A DNA stretch of 62,609 nt from a virus (Duplodnaviria > Caudoviricetes): IMG/VR virus record IMGVR_UViG_3300028909_000024, positions 1 through 62,609 of that record; one strand, 5' to 3'. Below, in pieces: positions 10,901-20,028 of the stretch. Below the pieces are notes generated by a model that was given only the letters and a program-made list of their open reading frames with translations, had not been told where the DNA came from and ran no database searches. Both the position numbers and the translations under genes were made by a program. Each line of letters begins with the position of its first letter. The stretch's first letter is position 1.

Positions 10901-13001
10901 GGCGCTGACGGACGCGGCTGGTCAGATGGCTCGGCTGCGGTCTGAGATTGATAGTGGTGCGGTCGATCCTCGTGTTGACCTTGGCCCTCGCCTGGCGGAA
11001 GCCGCGCGGCTGGTGCAGATGGCCCGGCGCCTCAAGATGCCGCTGCGGGATGTCGTGGGCCAGCAGGATGCGCTTTCGCCTCTCTCGGCTGAGGCTGAAC
11101 ATATTTTAAGGTTCGCTTACGGGGAGAACCTGTCAGGAAGGTTCTCGCGCAACCGATTCGGTGAATACCTCAAGGCATATGCCGAAGAGGCTGAGCAACA
11201 ACAGACTGCCCCGCGGCTCTTTGGAGAGAACGCGAGCCAGTCCGAACTATTGAGGACGGCAGGTGGCAGAACACGAAGCATCCCGGCGAGTGACACAAGC
11301 GGCGCCGGACCCGATTTTCCTGAAGGTTCACGGCAAAGCAGTGGAGAAGGTGGGCCGCAAGGTCGCGGATCTCAGTCTGGTCCGGCAGGGTCGGGTGATG
11401 CACGAGGACGCCAAGGCACAGTTGTCGAGCCTGAAGGCGAACCGCTAACCCGCGAGGCTGCTCAGTCTCTTAAAGATGCTATCGCCCGTCGCGCGGCGCT
11501 TGCTGAGCGGACGCAGGGCGCCCCGGACCGCATCATGGCTGCCGGGAAGGGTGGCGCGCTTTACGCGGTCAGCGATAGCAACGTTGGGCGTGAGTTCTTC
11601 GGCAAGGGTGCGGAAGGTGCTCAGAGTCTCATTCGGGTTCTTGGGTCGCGCGAGGAAGCGGAAAGCGCGATTGCCGATTATGCCGCGCATGACCTTCGAT
11701 CGACCAAGGGAATGGTCAATCCGGATGGCTCTCTAAACCCTGTAAAGTTCAAGGGATGGTTGGATAGCCATCGGGAAGAGCTGACGGTTTTCCCCGGACT
11801 CGCCAAGCGGTTTGGTAACGCGCAAGCGGCGGCTCAGGATTTGGCGGATCTGTCAGCTCGGCGTCAGGCGATCGAGGCGCTTAATCCGTTGGCCAAGGAA
11901 ACCACTGATGCCGGTGTGGTCCAGAAGTATTTCCAGCCTGGCGGCCGGGGAACTGAAGCGGCGCAGTCATTTGCCCGCGATACCGGGGGCAGTCGTGAGG
12001 CCGTCCAGTCTCTATCCGATGGCATCGCCGCGCAGTTCCGCGACAAAGTTATGCCGGATGGTGTGGTGAAGTCGCAGGCATACCGCAATTTCATGACCCT
12101 GCATCGTCCGTTCTTTGATGCCGCGCCTCCTGAAATCCGCGCTAGATTTGAGACGGCGGGGAAGGCTCAAGAGGCTGTCGAAAATGCGCAGCGTGATCTT
12201 GTGGCGCAGCGTGAGGCTTACGAAAACAGCGCGGCGCGGTTCTATCTGGATCGCCGCGGCGAGGTGAAGGACCCCGCCGTTGCGGTTCGCAACCTGCTGA
12301 ATTCGAACAATCCGGATCGGAATGCGGCGGCGCTTATGCGGTTGGCTCGGGCGGATAAATCCGGCGCGGCGGCGGCCGGCATCCAGCGGAATGCGGTTGA
12401 TTATGTTCTTGGTGTTATCCGATCGACCACGGAAGCGGGGACGACGCAGGAAAAGCAGATTGCCAAGGAAGCACTAGACAAACTCGTGAACAAGACAAAG
12501 ACTGGCCGTGCCCTGGAAAGCCTGATTGGCAAGGATGGCATGGACTGGCTGCGCAAGGTCACGGTGGACCTGGATCGTGAGGCGCGCAGCTATAACGCCA
12601 TCAAGGTGCCTGCGACGTCCCAGTCGGCAGCTGATACCCATGGTGTGGCTGCTCATGGTCATGGCGGCTCGCATGATCCATCGATGGCTGCTCAGGTGGT
12701 CGGGATGGAAATGCTCGGAGAGGGTGCGTCCCATGTGGCGTCGGTCGTGTTCCCTCATTTCGCGCTGGCTCGCATAGGGGCGAAGGTGGCCTCGGCCTTT
12801 GGCGCCGTCATGCTCAATTCCGCGCGCACGGCTGGGTTGGAAAGGGTGGATGAACTGCTGCTGGCCGCCGTGCGCAATCCCGAGATTGGCCGCCTCATGC
12901 TCCTGCATCCGACGCCGGCCGCGCGCGTCGGTGTGATGCGCAAGCTCTCTGGGTTGATCGCAAACCTGTCTGTCTCTGGCTACACCACGCAAAGGAAATA
13001 G
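7950..13001 (+). CDS. Large ejection protein (gp16-like position) with DdrB-like ParB domain
   Basis: 1683 aa, Ala/Gly-rich; central NPSYPQELQPRDR...GAPIAGPDGVVESGNGR domain. Confidence 0.75.
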   Translation: MADLADFDSVLAPVAPTASSTPAPVTTSVPSAAAPAASPVGNGSAQYPWVAPHPVPDGSGGLTNLSDADYAKFMAGAPPSSGSVTPPPAPNAPMPSAPGGGQATPTTQVTPASAVTSQQDPKLAAIDSAIATAPKEVQSASPGAPSSDKEPAKVTGPLANLAAGANEAVAGTLGLPVDLMTGALNLGAKGVNAVAGTNIPAIQNPVGGSNWWQGAMGLLGANPQNVQANGLGDNMARGIGAGVAGAVLPGGLAGQAGRVADAVGQAAPVMRGAADAIAAPSALANAAAGAGAGVGGAVAQYVVPQQYSALAGTVGNLIGGGAVAAGEAATNGLVNAGRNGAQSLLGPISSNSGLAQRAARLAGVDISPQTLTTPDGQTVTASPGQIARAQSQLAGAADMSPGDLAASIPPPDEANPIPGVQGTLGQVSDNAGVMGLERTLRTQGPIKSRVGMAADEARNNQARLDLIRGIASPDAQAETAGNYFQKVQQGIDRAGDLAVSAKQQQAAQVAGQAGGAETVAGAGGRIRGTVDAQHKPSVLEVMAAEDRARQLADAGNKAVGGLGSGSEGQTGLQRAGTAARDPVANVIKNEKEAISRLYKVVEEHHRATVDVGPLKDVAKKISKEIDPQSGESLPASVERRLDAIRSAPDQMRFKALQDMRRFVGEDIRKARFAGNMSEARQLGDIKAAIDQSVNEAVKSIVREEAPDVVSGKLARPDSLLGKLAQHAADEKAAVFTPVGRRIETKPEVVEAGSLQTSHNDDLSVNPSYPQELQPRDRGRMASAAQVDRMSRTLQPDRLGLSGGANEGAPIAGPDGVVESGNGRILAIRRAYAQNTPAGRAYRQWVAGHGVDVSGMREPVLVRTRTTDLSPQDRVQFTREANEGTGLTLGAAERAQTDAQSISNGTLAKYETGDVNAAQNRNFVTSMIKDIGNGDHGQFGTADGRLSLQGAERIRNALLQRAYGDLHLVAEIAETGDPDIKAFGAALTDAAGQMARLRSEIDSGAVDPRVDLGPRLAEAARLVQMARRLKMPLRDVVGQQDALSPLSAEAEHILRFAYGENLSGRFSRNRFGEYLKAYAEEAEQQQTAPRLFGENASQSELLRTAGGRTRSIPASDTSGAGPDFPEGSRQSSGEGGPQGRGSQSGPAGSGDARGRQGTVVEPEGEPLTREAAQSLKDAIARRAALAERTQGAPDRIMAAGKGGALYAVSDSNVGREFFGKGAEGAQSLIRVLGSREEAESAIADYAAHDLRSTKGMVNPDGSLNPVKFKGWLDSHREELTVFPGLAKRFGNAQAAAQDLADLSARRQAIEALNPLAKETTDAGVVQKYFQPGGRGTEAAQSFARDTGGSREAVQSLSDGIAAQFRDKVMPDGVVKSQAYRNFMTLHRPFFDAAPPEIRARFETAGKAQEAVENAQRDLVAQREAYENSAARFYLDRRGEVKDPAVAVRNLLNSNNPDRNAAALMRLARADKSGAAAAGIQRNAVDYVLGVIRSTTEAGTTQEKQIAKEALDKLVNKTKTGRALESLIGKDGMDWLRKVTVDLDREARSYNAIKVPATSQSAADTHGVAAHGHGGSHDPSMAAQVVGMEMLGEGASHVASVVFPHFALARIGAKVASAFGAVMLNSARTAGLERVDELLLAAVRNPEIGRLMLLHPTPAARVGVMRKLSGLIANLSVSGYTTQRK

Positions 13002-13004
13002 GTC

Positions 13005-14462
13005 ATGGCGACCGGTTCTCTTTTCTTCTCCCCCTATTTCCAGTTCACGGATGCGTCTGGCGTTCCCTATGCTGGCGGATCGCTGGCGTTCTATTCCAGT
13101 GGCACCAATACGCCGCTGGCGGTCTATGCGGACCAAGAACTGACAACGCCCCTGCAGAACCCTGTCCCGCTCAACTCTGCGGGCTGGCCGGAAGACCAGA
13201 TCTGGCTGCAGACCCAGGAATATCGTGTGGTCCTGTCCGATGTGAACGGAGTGCAAATCTGGGCGGCTGACCCGGTGGCAGCTGGCGGTCAGTTTACGGG
13301 TTCTGTGGTGGTTTCCGGCACCGGACAAGTAGGATTTACCGCCGTTAATTTGTCTGCGAACGGGAATACTTGGGGATGGTATTCCCAAACCGATGGCACC
13401 TTCAATGCTATTGACTCAAACAATGGTGCCATCCCCATTTCAATAAACAACGGCGGGACTGTTACGTTTTCTGTCACCCCCATTGTGGTGGCGCCGACAA
13501 CCGTGGGCATCGTTCTGACGAGCACGGCAGTAGCTGGGCAAGAGTGGGCGCTATATTCAGCCGATGATGGTTCATTTAGTCTTTTCAACTCCACCAATGC
13601 CGTCACGCCATTTTATGTTTTGCCTGATGGAAATGTGACTTTCCAAGAAGCAGTGACCTTTGGTGGGGTTACGACTTTCAACCAAGCATCTGCTTTTGAA
13701 CAGCCGGTCACGATGGCTGGGCCGTTTTATTCGACGTATTCAGCGGCATTCTCGGCCACCACGACATTCACAGCGACTGAAACACATAGTGGCGCAGTGG
13801 GCTTTTCTGGAACTGTGACATTTAGCGGGGGATCGGACCCACTCATCACAGGGACCGGAACGCCAGGACTAGAGATTACCAATACCTCTGGGAGCGGGCG
13901 CTCTTGGACGACTTATGTAAATTCGTCTGGTGTTTGGGTTCTGGCTGACCAAACGGCTGGCCTTTCCCGCATGTATCTTGACTCTAATGGCGTCGTCACG
14001 ATGACAGGAGGGGGCGATACCGGGACTGGTAGCTATGGATATCTCGCCAATACCGGGGCAGGAACGCAGACTGGCACCTATAGCTATGGGTTGAATGTTA
14101 CGGGCGGCATCACCTCTACAATCTATTCTGCGACCTCTGATCGGCGCCTAAAAAGCAAAATAGAAAACATCACCGAAGACGATGCATGGTCCTATGTGAT
14201 GGCAGCACGTCCTGTCACCTACCGTATGGATGGCATTTCAGGCGCCGGATTCATCGCTCAGGAAGAGGCCAAAGGGCCTCGCGCGGCATCGGTCGCAACC
14301 GTGTCCAACATCAGTTTGGAAGAAACGATTGATGAAGATGGGTTTGTCTCTCCTGCCGGATTTCAACTCACCAAGAACTATGACCATGACATCGCGTATC
14401 TGACGCGGGCAATCCAAAGCCTTAAAGCGGAACTTGAAGCCATTAAGAAAGGTTCAGTCTAA
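13005..14462 (+). CDS. Tail fibre with N-terminal virion-binding domain and C-terminal S74 intramolecular chaperone
   Basis: QFTDASGVPYAGGSL.FY..GT.TP..VY.D...NPVPLNSAG N-terminus; xTFxGx hexapeptide repeats; SDRRLK cleavage motif followed by a coiled-coil end. Confidence 0.85.
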   Translation: MATGSLFFSPYFQFTDASGVPYAGGSLAFYSSGTNTPLAVYADQELTTPLQNPVPLNSAGWPEDQIWLQTQEYRVVLSDVNGVQIWAADPVAAGGQFTGSVVVSGTGQVGFTAVNLSANGNTWGWYSQTDGTFNAIDSNNGAIPISINNGGTVTFSVTPIVVAPTTVGIVLTSTAVAGQEWALYSADDGSFSLFNSTNAVTPFYVLPDGNVTFQEAVTFGGVTTFNQASAFEQPVTMAGPFYSTYSAAFSATTTFTATETHSGAVGFSGTVTFSGGSDPLITGTGTPGLEITNTSGSGRSWTTYVNSSGVWVLADQTAGLSRMYLDSNGVVTMTGGGDTGTGSYGYLANTGAGTQTGTYSYGLNVTGGITSTIYSATSDRRLKSKIENITEDDAWSYVMAARPVTYRMDGISGAGFIAQEEAKGPRAASVATVSNISLEETIDEDGFVSPAGFQLTKNYDHDIAYLTRAIQSLKAELEAIKKGSV

Positions 14463-17400
14463 TGCGCCGTCTATCATATATTTTAGGACTGGTTTTTTTC
14501 TTTGTGGCACACGCGGCTTTTGCTCAAAGCCCTGGGACCATCAATATTTGCGGTCCTTCTCGGTGTCCGGGTAATCCGCAAATAGGTGACACTACGATAA
14601 ACAACGCGGTTAACCCTGCTCTTGGTCTCAAGATTGACACCAATGGAGGTGTTGCCACTAATCTAACCATCAATGGCGGCAACGTGCCTTCGGGTCAGGT
14701 ATTCACTGTTCCCACCGCCCCTGCTGGCACGAACACGACGCAGGCGGCGAGCACGGCGTTTGTCAATGTCCAAGCCCCTGCCGCCGCCTGGTCCGGCACC
14801 GGCTTCGGGTTCAGCGGGGCACCGAGTGCGGCGAGCGTGGGCGCGGCAGTTTCTACAGTGCCAGCGGCTGGCACAGCAAGCAGGCTTAACTCTGACATTT
14901 TCGGTGATTATAAGTCGGCTGAAAACTGGCGATGCACGGCCGGGACGCCGAATTATATCGCAAAGACCTGCACCGCAGGCGGAACTTATCTTGATGATGG
15001 AGCAACTTTGCAAGCAGCATTCAATGCTGCTACCCGTATCCTCATCCCGAAGAACTACTATCTCCTACCCTCCGATACGATCCCGACCGCGACCAATGAC
15101 CTCGACATAATGGGGCTTGGGCCGCAGATCAGTGGAATTTATCTGGACCCCAGCGTCACAGGCTCGAATTCGGACATTTATACGGTCGGCCAGGAAAGTG
15201 TCACTGGCGCGACGCTTGGTTCGCCGGGCACTGGCGGCACCAATGGCGCCTGCGTATTGACTGGGACATCTGGAGCTTTGGCCTCTGGAGGCGCCTATTT
15301 CCAAGTGGCGGGCACTGTGTCCGGCGGCCAGCTGCAGTCGGTCGGCAGCGTCATTTCGGGGGGCGCCTATATCAGCCCGCCCAAAACCGGGCTCGAATTT
15401 GTCACCAGCAATTGCGGCCTTACCAGCGCGCAGCTCAACCTGACATTGGCGTATTCGATTGCTCATGTGAAGCTGAGCTATATGACCTTTGGCGGCAACT
15501 GGGGTGCGCCGGACCCGAACAATCCGGGCCAATTTCTCTATTCCCAGGTCGGCAACCCGCTGGTGCTTTTGAAGGGTGTGGACAACGTCGAGCTTTCGCA
15601 CGTCCGTTTTCAGAACTCTCGCGCCTTTACCTTCCAGACGCGGTTCTCCCGCAACGTCGATATCGGGAATTACGAAGTCCTGAACTCGGTGCGCGATGGT
15701 ATCGCGGTCTGGGACACGTTTTATGTCAACATTCATGACGGATACCAGAAAGGCGGCAACGACAGCGCCATCTCGCTTCACGTCGATTCCGATGCCACGC
15801 AGCCGCGCACATCTACCCGCGTCAGCAACATCACGCTGGTGGACACGTCGAGCATTGACACGCTGGGCGCCAAGATCCTGCAGGTCGACAACATCATCTG
15901 CTGGCGTAGTCATGGCGCCTGCGTGACGGTCGGCGGCTATGTGCCAGGCAGCCAAGGCGATACCTCGAACTGGGGCATTTCCCTCCAAAACATCCAATCC
16001 TACGACCCGATCCAGGGCAGCTTCTTCTTCCAGACCACGCCTCCAACACCAGCGCCGGCTAATGCCCAGATCCTGATCAACTCCACACCTTGGAGTGCGG
16101 GAAGCCTTGGCGCAGTCCCGATGCAAAACGTGGTCGGGTCTGGCACAATTGCAGCTGTCCTCGGCACCTATTACAATAATGGCGTGCTCGCAGGGGGCCT
16201 TCCTTCTCCACCCTCGCAGCAGATCGACATCGGCGGTGTCGTGATCCGCCAGACCTTGCCGCCGGTTGCGAATTACTCTGACTGGGGATATGGCAAAGCG
16301 TTTGGGGGCACTGTCGGCTGGCTTGACGGCCCAATCACGCAAACCATGACCACGTCACACGGTATGGAGTTTCGTGGCCCGATTTGGGACATGCGGGTGC
16401 ATGATTTCCATATCGCTGATGGAAGCTATGGCCTTCGGTTTACCTGCACCACGTCAGGCACGATCTGTGCATCGGGGTGGCCGAACAATCTGTTTCGCCG
16501 CGTCGTCATCGAAGACGGAACGATCACGAATTCGCCGGTCGATTGCGTGCAGTTCTTCGGCCAAGGCACTGTCCCGAGCTCGCAGGATATCGAGTTCAAT
16601 CACGTCACCTTTGACTGCGATTCCGAGTTCACCGCATCGACCCGCGGGGCAAACGGCAAGTGGGCCAGCACGTCGCCCTATGCCATAGACTCCCCGTATG
16701 TCAGTGGCATGCGGATCGTAAATAGCTCGTTCCGCGACCTCGCTATCCCGGTCAACGAGACCGGCATCCCAGCCAATACCAACTATTACCTCAATGATAC
16801 GATTTATGCGTATCCGGCGTTCCCAAGCTTCAGTCCATCCAATGCCGGGGTCGCGAAATCGTATCCTGATGACCAGCAGTGGCAAACGATCTTTGAGTAT
16901 TCCGACCCCACGCTGTCCAATTTCCGCACGATTGCGGGCGTGCCGTCATCGTCTTCGGCCTCGATGCCCGTCACCGGTTGCTATACCGGCGGCAGTTTCG
17001 TCATGGCGCAGAACACATCCTATGGCCCGTCCGGTGAACCCGCCGGCTGGTCGCGGATCACCACGGGGTGCAACCATAACCCTGTCTCGGCGCTGGCTAT
17101 TGTGAACGCTGGGACGGGTGGGACGCCTGGCACCTATGCCCTGATTTTCACGTCCACCAACGGTTCGGGCGCTGCGGGCACCTTCACGGTCGGGGCCGGC
17201 GGCACGGTCACCGGGACCTCGCTGACCAATGGCGGCAACAGCTACCAAGCTAGCCTCCCGCCGACCATCTCGCTTGCCAATGCGCCCGGTTTGACCGGGG
17301 CATCAGTCACGGCCTCGGTCGAGGGCGACTGGGCGCAAACCTACGCGTTCTGGGGCGGCCCTGGTTCGCCGTATAAAGACAATATCGTCCTGAGTTCGAG

Positions 17401-17806
17401 CAATGGTGGCCTGCCATCTGTCTCGTCCAACAGCGCAAGCAGCAGCATCGTCGTCACCCCGACCGGCACGGGCTCGACAGTGCTCACAGCCGCGCTGAAA
17501 TCCACCGGCCTAGCGCCAACCATCTCGGCCAATTTTGGAACGTCACCGACGATCGCTGGCAACAACACACGATCTGTCGTCACGGTTGGCACAGGTGGCG
17601 CCACCCAGGGCACCATTCTATTCAATCCGGGTCAGCCTCTGACCGCAGGATCTACGTCCTGCACGGCGGTAGATAATACAACATCACCCTCCACCAGCGG
17701 CAGCCTTTGGGCCCAGGTCAGTGCAAGCGGTCTGTCTGTGACCGTTTTCGCGATCGGCGGGACCATGCAGGCTGGCGACAAGATCGTCGTCAATTGTGGA
17801 GCGTGA
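14462..17806 (+). CDS. Signal-peptide-bearing tailspike-like beta-helix protein (putative depolymerase)
   Basis: Sec signal MRRLSYILGLVFFFVAHAAFA|Q; tail-fibre motif PTAPAGTNTTQAASTAFV; DDGATLQAAFN beta-helix cap; 16 Cys. Confidence 0.75.
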   Translation: MRRLSYILGLVFFFVAHAAFAQSPGTINICGPSRCPGNPQIGDTTINNAVNPALGLKIDTNGGVATNLTINGGNVPSGQVFTVPTAPAGTNTTQAASTAFVNVQAPAAAWSGTGFGFSGAPSAASVGAAVSTVPAAGTASRLNSDIFGDYKSAENWRCTAGTPNYIAKTCTAGGTYLDDGATLQAAFNAATRILIPKNYYLLPSDTIPTATNDLDIMGLGPQISGIYLDPSVTGSNSDIYTVGQESVTGATLGSPGTGGTNGACVLTGTSGALASGGAYFQVAGTVSGGQLQSVGSVISGGAYISPPKTGLEFVTSNCGLTSAQLNLTLAYSIAHVKLSYMTFGGNWGAPDPNNPGQFLYSQVGNPLVLLKGVDNVELSHVRFQNSRAFTFQTRFSRNVDIGNYEVLNSVRDGIAVWDTFYVNIHDGYQKGGNDSAISLHVDSDATQPRTSTRVSNITLVDTSSIDTLGAKILQVDNIICWRSHGACVTVGGYVPGSQGDTSNWGISLQNIQSYDPIQGSFFFQTTPPTPAPANAQILINSTPWSAGSLGAVPMQNVVGSGTIAAVLGTYYNNGVLAGGLPSPPSQQIDIGGVVIRQTLPPVANYSDWGYGKAFGGTVGWLDGPITQTMTTSHGMEFRGPIWDMRVHDFHIADGSYGLRFTCTTSGTICASGWPNNLFRRVVIEDGTITNSPVDCVQFFGQGTVPSSQDIEFNHVTFDCDSEFTASTRGANGKWASTSPYAIDSPYVSGMRIVNSSFRDLAIPVNETGIPANTNYYLNDTIYAYPAFPSFSPSNAGVAKSYPDDQQWQTIFEYSDPTLSNFRTIAGVPSSSSASMPVTGCYTGGSFVMAQNTSYGPSGEPAGWSRITTGCNHNPVSALAIVNAGTGGTPGTYALIFTSTNGSGAAGTFTVGAGGTVTGTSLTNGGNSYQASLPPTISLANAPGLTGASVTASVEGDWAQTYAFWGGPGSPYKDNIVLSSSNGGLPSVSSNSASSSIVVTPTGTGSTVLTAALKSTGLAPTISANFGTSPTIAGNNTRSVVTVGTGGATQGTILFNPGQPLTAGSTSCTAVDNTTSPSTSGSLWAQVSASGLSVTVFAIGGTMQAGDKIVVNCGA

Positions 17807-17876
17807 ACGCCATGACCCCTGACCGAGAAGGAGCCGGGATGCGGGACGAAAACTTGAAACCAGAGGAGATTGAAAC

Positions 17877-18413
17877 ATGCGTTTGAGTGGTCTTGCTCTG
17901 TTCAGCCTGTTGCTATCTACGGTGAGTGCCTACGCGCAAATTGCGCCAGGCCCTCCGCCTACATCAACTTATTGCTCGAATTCATCGGGTTCTGGATGGG
18001 TTCCGTGTCCTCCGCCCATAGGGAACACATCCACTCCTGATGTGACCTCTCCGCAGCCTCCTGCGACAGCCACGGCATCATCTGGTCCGCTCATGTGTCA
18101 GCAGGGCACCGCAAGCGCTACGCTGGTTTGCAAGGCGTCTGCGGGCAATCTGTATGGGGTTCAAGCCACCGTGCAGGCGAGCACGGTGGCGTTTTGGGTG
18201 CTCGTCTTCAATGCGACGGCAGCACCGGTTGACGGCGCGGTAACCCCATCCAAGTGTTTTTATGTGCCGGCCAATTCCACAGGGACATTGTCGTTTCCGG
18301 TCTTTGGTCCATATTTCTCGGCTGGGATTACGTTTTCTGCGAGTTCCACTGGCTGCTTCACCAAAACGGCCGTGACGGCTAATTTCCCATTTCTGTCGGG
18401 AGACTATCGGTGA
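17877..18413 (+). CDS. Secreted Cys-paired beta-rich protein
   Basis: RBS GAGGAG; signal MRLSGLALFSLLLSTVSAYA|Q; 6 Cys. Confidence 0.7.
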   Translation: MRLSGLALFSLLLSTVSAYAQIAPGPPPTSTYCSNSSGSGWVPCPPPIGNTSTPDVTSPQPPATATASSGPLMCQQGTASATLVCKASAGNLYGVQATVQASTVAFWVLVFNATAAPVDGAVTPSKCFYVPANSTGTLSFPVFGPYFSAGITFSASSTGCFTKTAVTANFPFLSGDYR

Positions 18414-18799
18414 AACGGGCGCTATCGGTTGCATGCCTTTTGCTTGCCACTGGCTTGGTAGTTGCCCGCGGGCAAGGGTATTCGAGCACAGGCGTGACAT
18501 TGGTCCAAGCAACCAATGTCACCACAGCCTCTGACGGAACATGGGCTGTGACGTGGAAAACCCCCTTTAACACGTCACAACCATTTGTTGCGGCGCATTA
18601 TATCGGGGTGGCTACCGCTCAGCCGGTCCAGTGTATGCTTACGTCATCGACCTCCACCAGCGCTTCAGGGAAATGCTACGCCGGTCAAAGCACGCTGCTA
18701 AGCCTATCTATTGTGACCACGGGCATAACTGTCCTTCCCTTTGCTGTTTCATCTGGTGGTATAGCGGTTCAAGTTCTTGGCCGAGACACGACGCAGTAA
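18410..18799 (+). CDS. Secreted protein with tail-fibre C-terminal/lectin-like segment
   Basis: GTGA coupling; signal MKRALSVACLLLATGLVVARG|Q; WAVTWKTPFNTSQPFV segment; 2 Cys in the mature part. Confidence 0.65.
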   Translation: MKRALSVACLLLATGLVVARGQGYSSTGVTLVQATNVTTASDGTWAVTWKTPFNTSQPFVAAHYIGVATAQPVQCMLTSSTSTSASGKCYAGQSTLLSLSIVTTGITVLPFAVSSGGIAVQVLGRDTTQ

Positions 18800-18821
18800 T
18801 CATCCATTTGGAGTTGTTGTT

Positions 18822-19244
18822 ATGTTTTCTATGGTTCGCCCCAGGTATGCCGTTCAAGGGCTTTTGGGATACCTCCGAGAAGGGCGGAATATAGGCCATG
18901 TCGTTACTCTGGGGGTCATGACGGGCATTGCTTGTGTGGTTCTCTTCTCCGGTGGCACTTTCTACACAAGCATTTCATACAATTGGTTTTTTGCGCATTG
19001 GCCCTACACCGAAAGAGGTTGGGGCCTTTTGTTTGCCGCCTTCTCTTTGCTCGGCTCCCTGACGTTCTTTACCAAGAACCGTTACGTTCATTTGGCATCT
19101 GCGACGGCCATGGGAGTCGGGCACCTTCTGATCGCCCAGGGCATGTGGATCTCAAACCATCTCAGCACAGCCCCGATCACATATTCGTTCGTGGCATTCC
19201 TTAGCATTTGGGTGTTTTGGCGGGTCATCGAAGAGGAAGGGTGA
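18822..19244 (+). CDS. Multi-pass membrane protein
   Basis: About 4 hydrophobic segments; GGAG RBS. Confidence 0.65.
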   Translation: MFSMVRPRYAVQGLLGYLREGRNIGHVVTLGVMTGIACVVLFSGGTFYTSISYNWFFAHWPYTERGWGLLFAAFSLLGSLTFFTKNRYVHLASATAMGVGHLLIAQGMWISNHLSTAPITYSFVAFLSIWVFWRVIEEEG

Positions 19245-19248
19245 CCTC

Positions 19249-19614
19249 GTGAAATTTCCGTCCTGCCGGTCCAAAAGACTACTTGCAGATTATGTCTTGG
19301 CTCTGCTGCTTTTCTGCTGGTCAGTGCATGTGATGATTTTCCCCGCAGGGATGGACCGAATTGCCGCTTATCGGTGGATGACGATTAACCCCCAAGTAAT
19401 TGCTGGAATTGGTATTTTTGTTGCTGGGTGCCAGTTTTTTTCTGCTGTTTTCATGGTTGCATGGGCTAGAAGATTAGGGGCAATTGCGGCGGGATCAATC
19501 ATGTTTAACTTTGCCGTTAAAGTCTTCGAAGTCCAGCCCGAGGCGCATATCAGTTCGTTTTATGGCGGCTTGGCGTTGAGCAACTTGATCTTGTTTTTCT
19601 GGCCGTGGATGTGA
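19249..19614 (+). CDS. Multi-pass membrane protein
   Basis: About 4 hydrophobic segments; directly follows the previous gene. Confidence 0.65.
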   Translation: MKFPSCRSKRLLADYVLALLLFCWSVHVMIFPAGMDRIAAYRWMTINPQVIAGIGIFVAGCQFFSAVFMVAWARRLGAIAAGSIMFNFAVKVFEVQPEAHISSFYGGLALSNLILFFWPWM

Positions 19615-19620
19615 CCCGAT

Positions 19621-20028
19621 ATGGCTGATTCTCCGCAGGGATGGTGGGAAGAGTTCCGCCAATGGTTTTCCGGTGCCGGGCTCGCTTTTGGGGTCGGCAT
19701 TTTTTATGGCCTGCGGTGGGCGTTCAAGGACTGGTGGAGCAACCGGAGCGATTCGGCCAAGGAAGAGAAGCGCCAGAGGGAGCGTGACCGGCGGTCAGAA
19801 GACCGGCAGGACAAAGACCTCACCACGGCGTGGGCTCGGATTGACGATCTGGAAGACGGCAGGCGTGAAATTGAGCGTGACCGGGACCGCGGCTGGGATT
19901 TGGCCCGAGGGTGGTTTGATGTGGCCCATCAGGAACGGCATGCCCGCAACAACCTACTGATGGCTGCCGGGGGCCGTGCTCTTGATCCTCTGCCTGGCTT
20001 TGAAGAACTGGAAGGACGGCGCCAATGA
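19621..20028 (+). CDS. Holin-like / lysis-associated protein (1 TM plus coiled coil)
   Basis: N-terminal TM and charged coiled coil; ATGA-coupled to the endolysin. Confidence 0.5.
   Translation: MADSPQGWWEEFRQWFSGAGLAFGVGIFYGLRWAFKDWWSNRSDSAKEEKRQRERDRRSEDRQDKDLTTAWARIDDLEDGRREIERDRDRGWDLARGWFDVAHQERHARNNLLMAAGGRALDPLPGFEELEGRRQ

Noticed and set aside
13630-13830. Nucleotide tandem repeat or contingency locus
   Set aside because: The periodicity is at the protein level (xTFxGx hexapeptides of a fibre shaft) and the DNA copies are diverged
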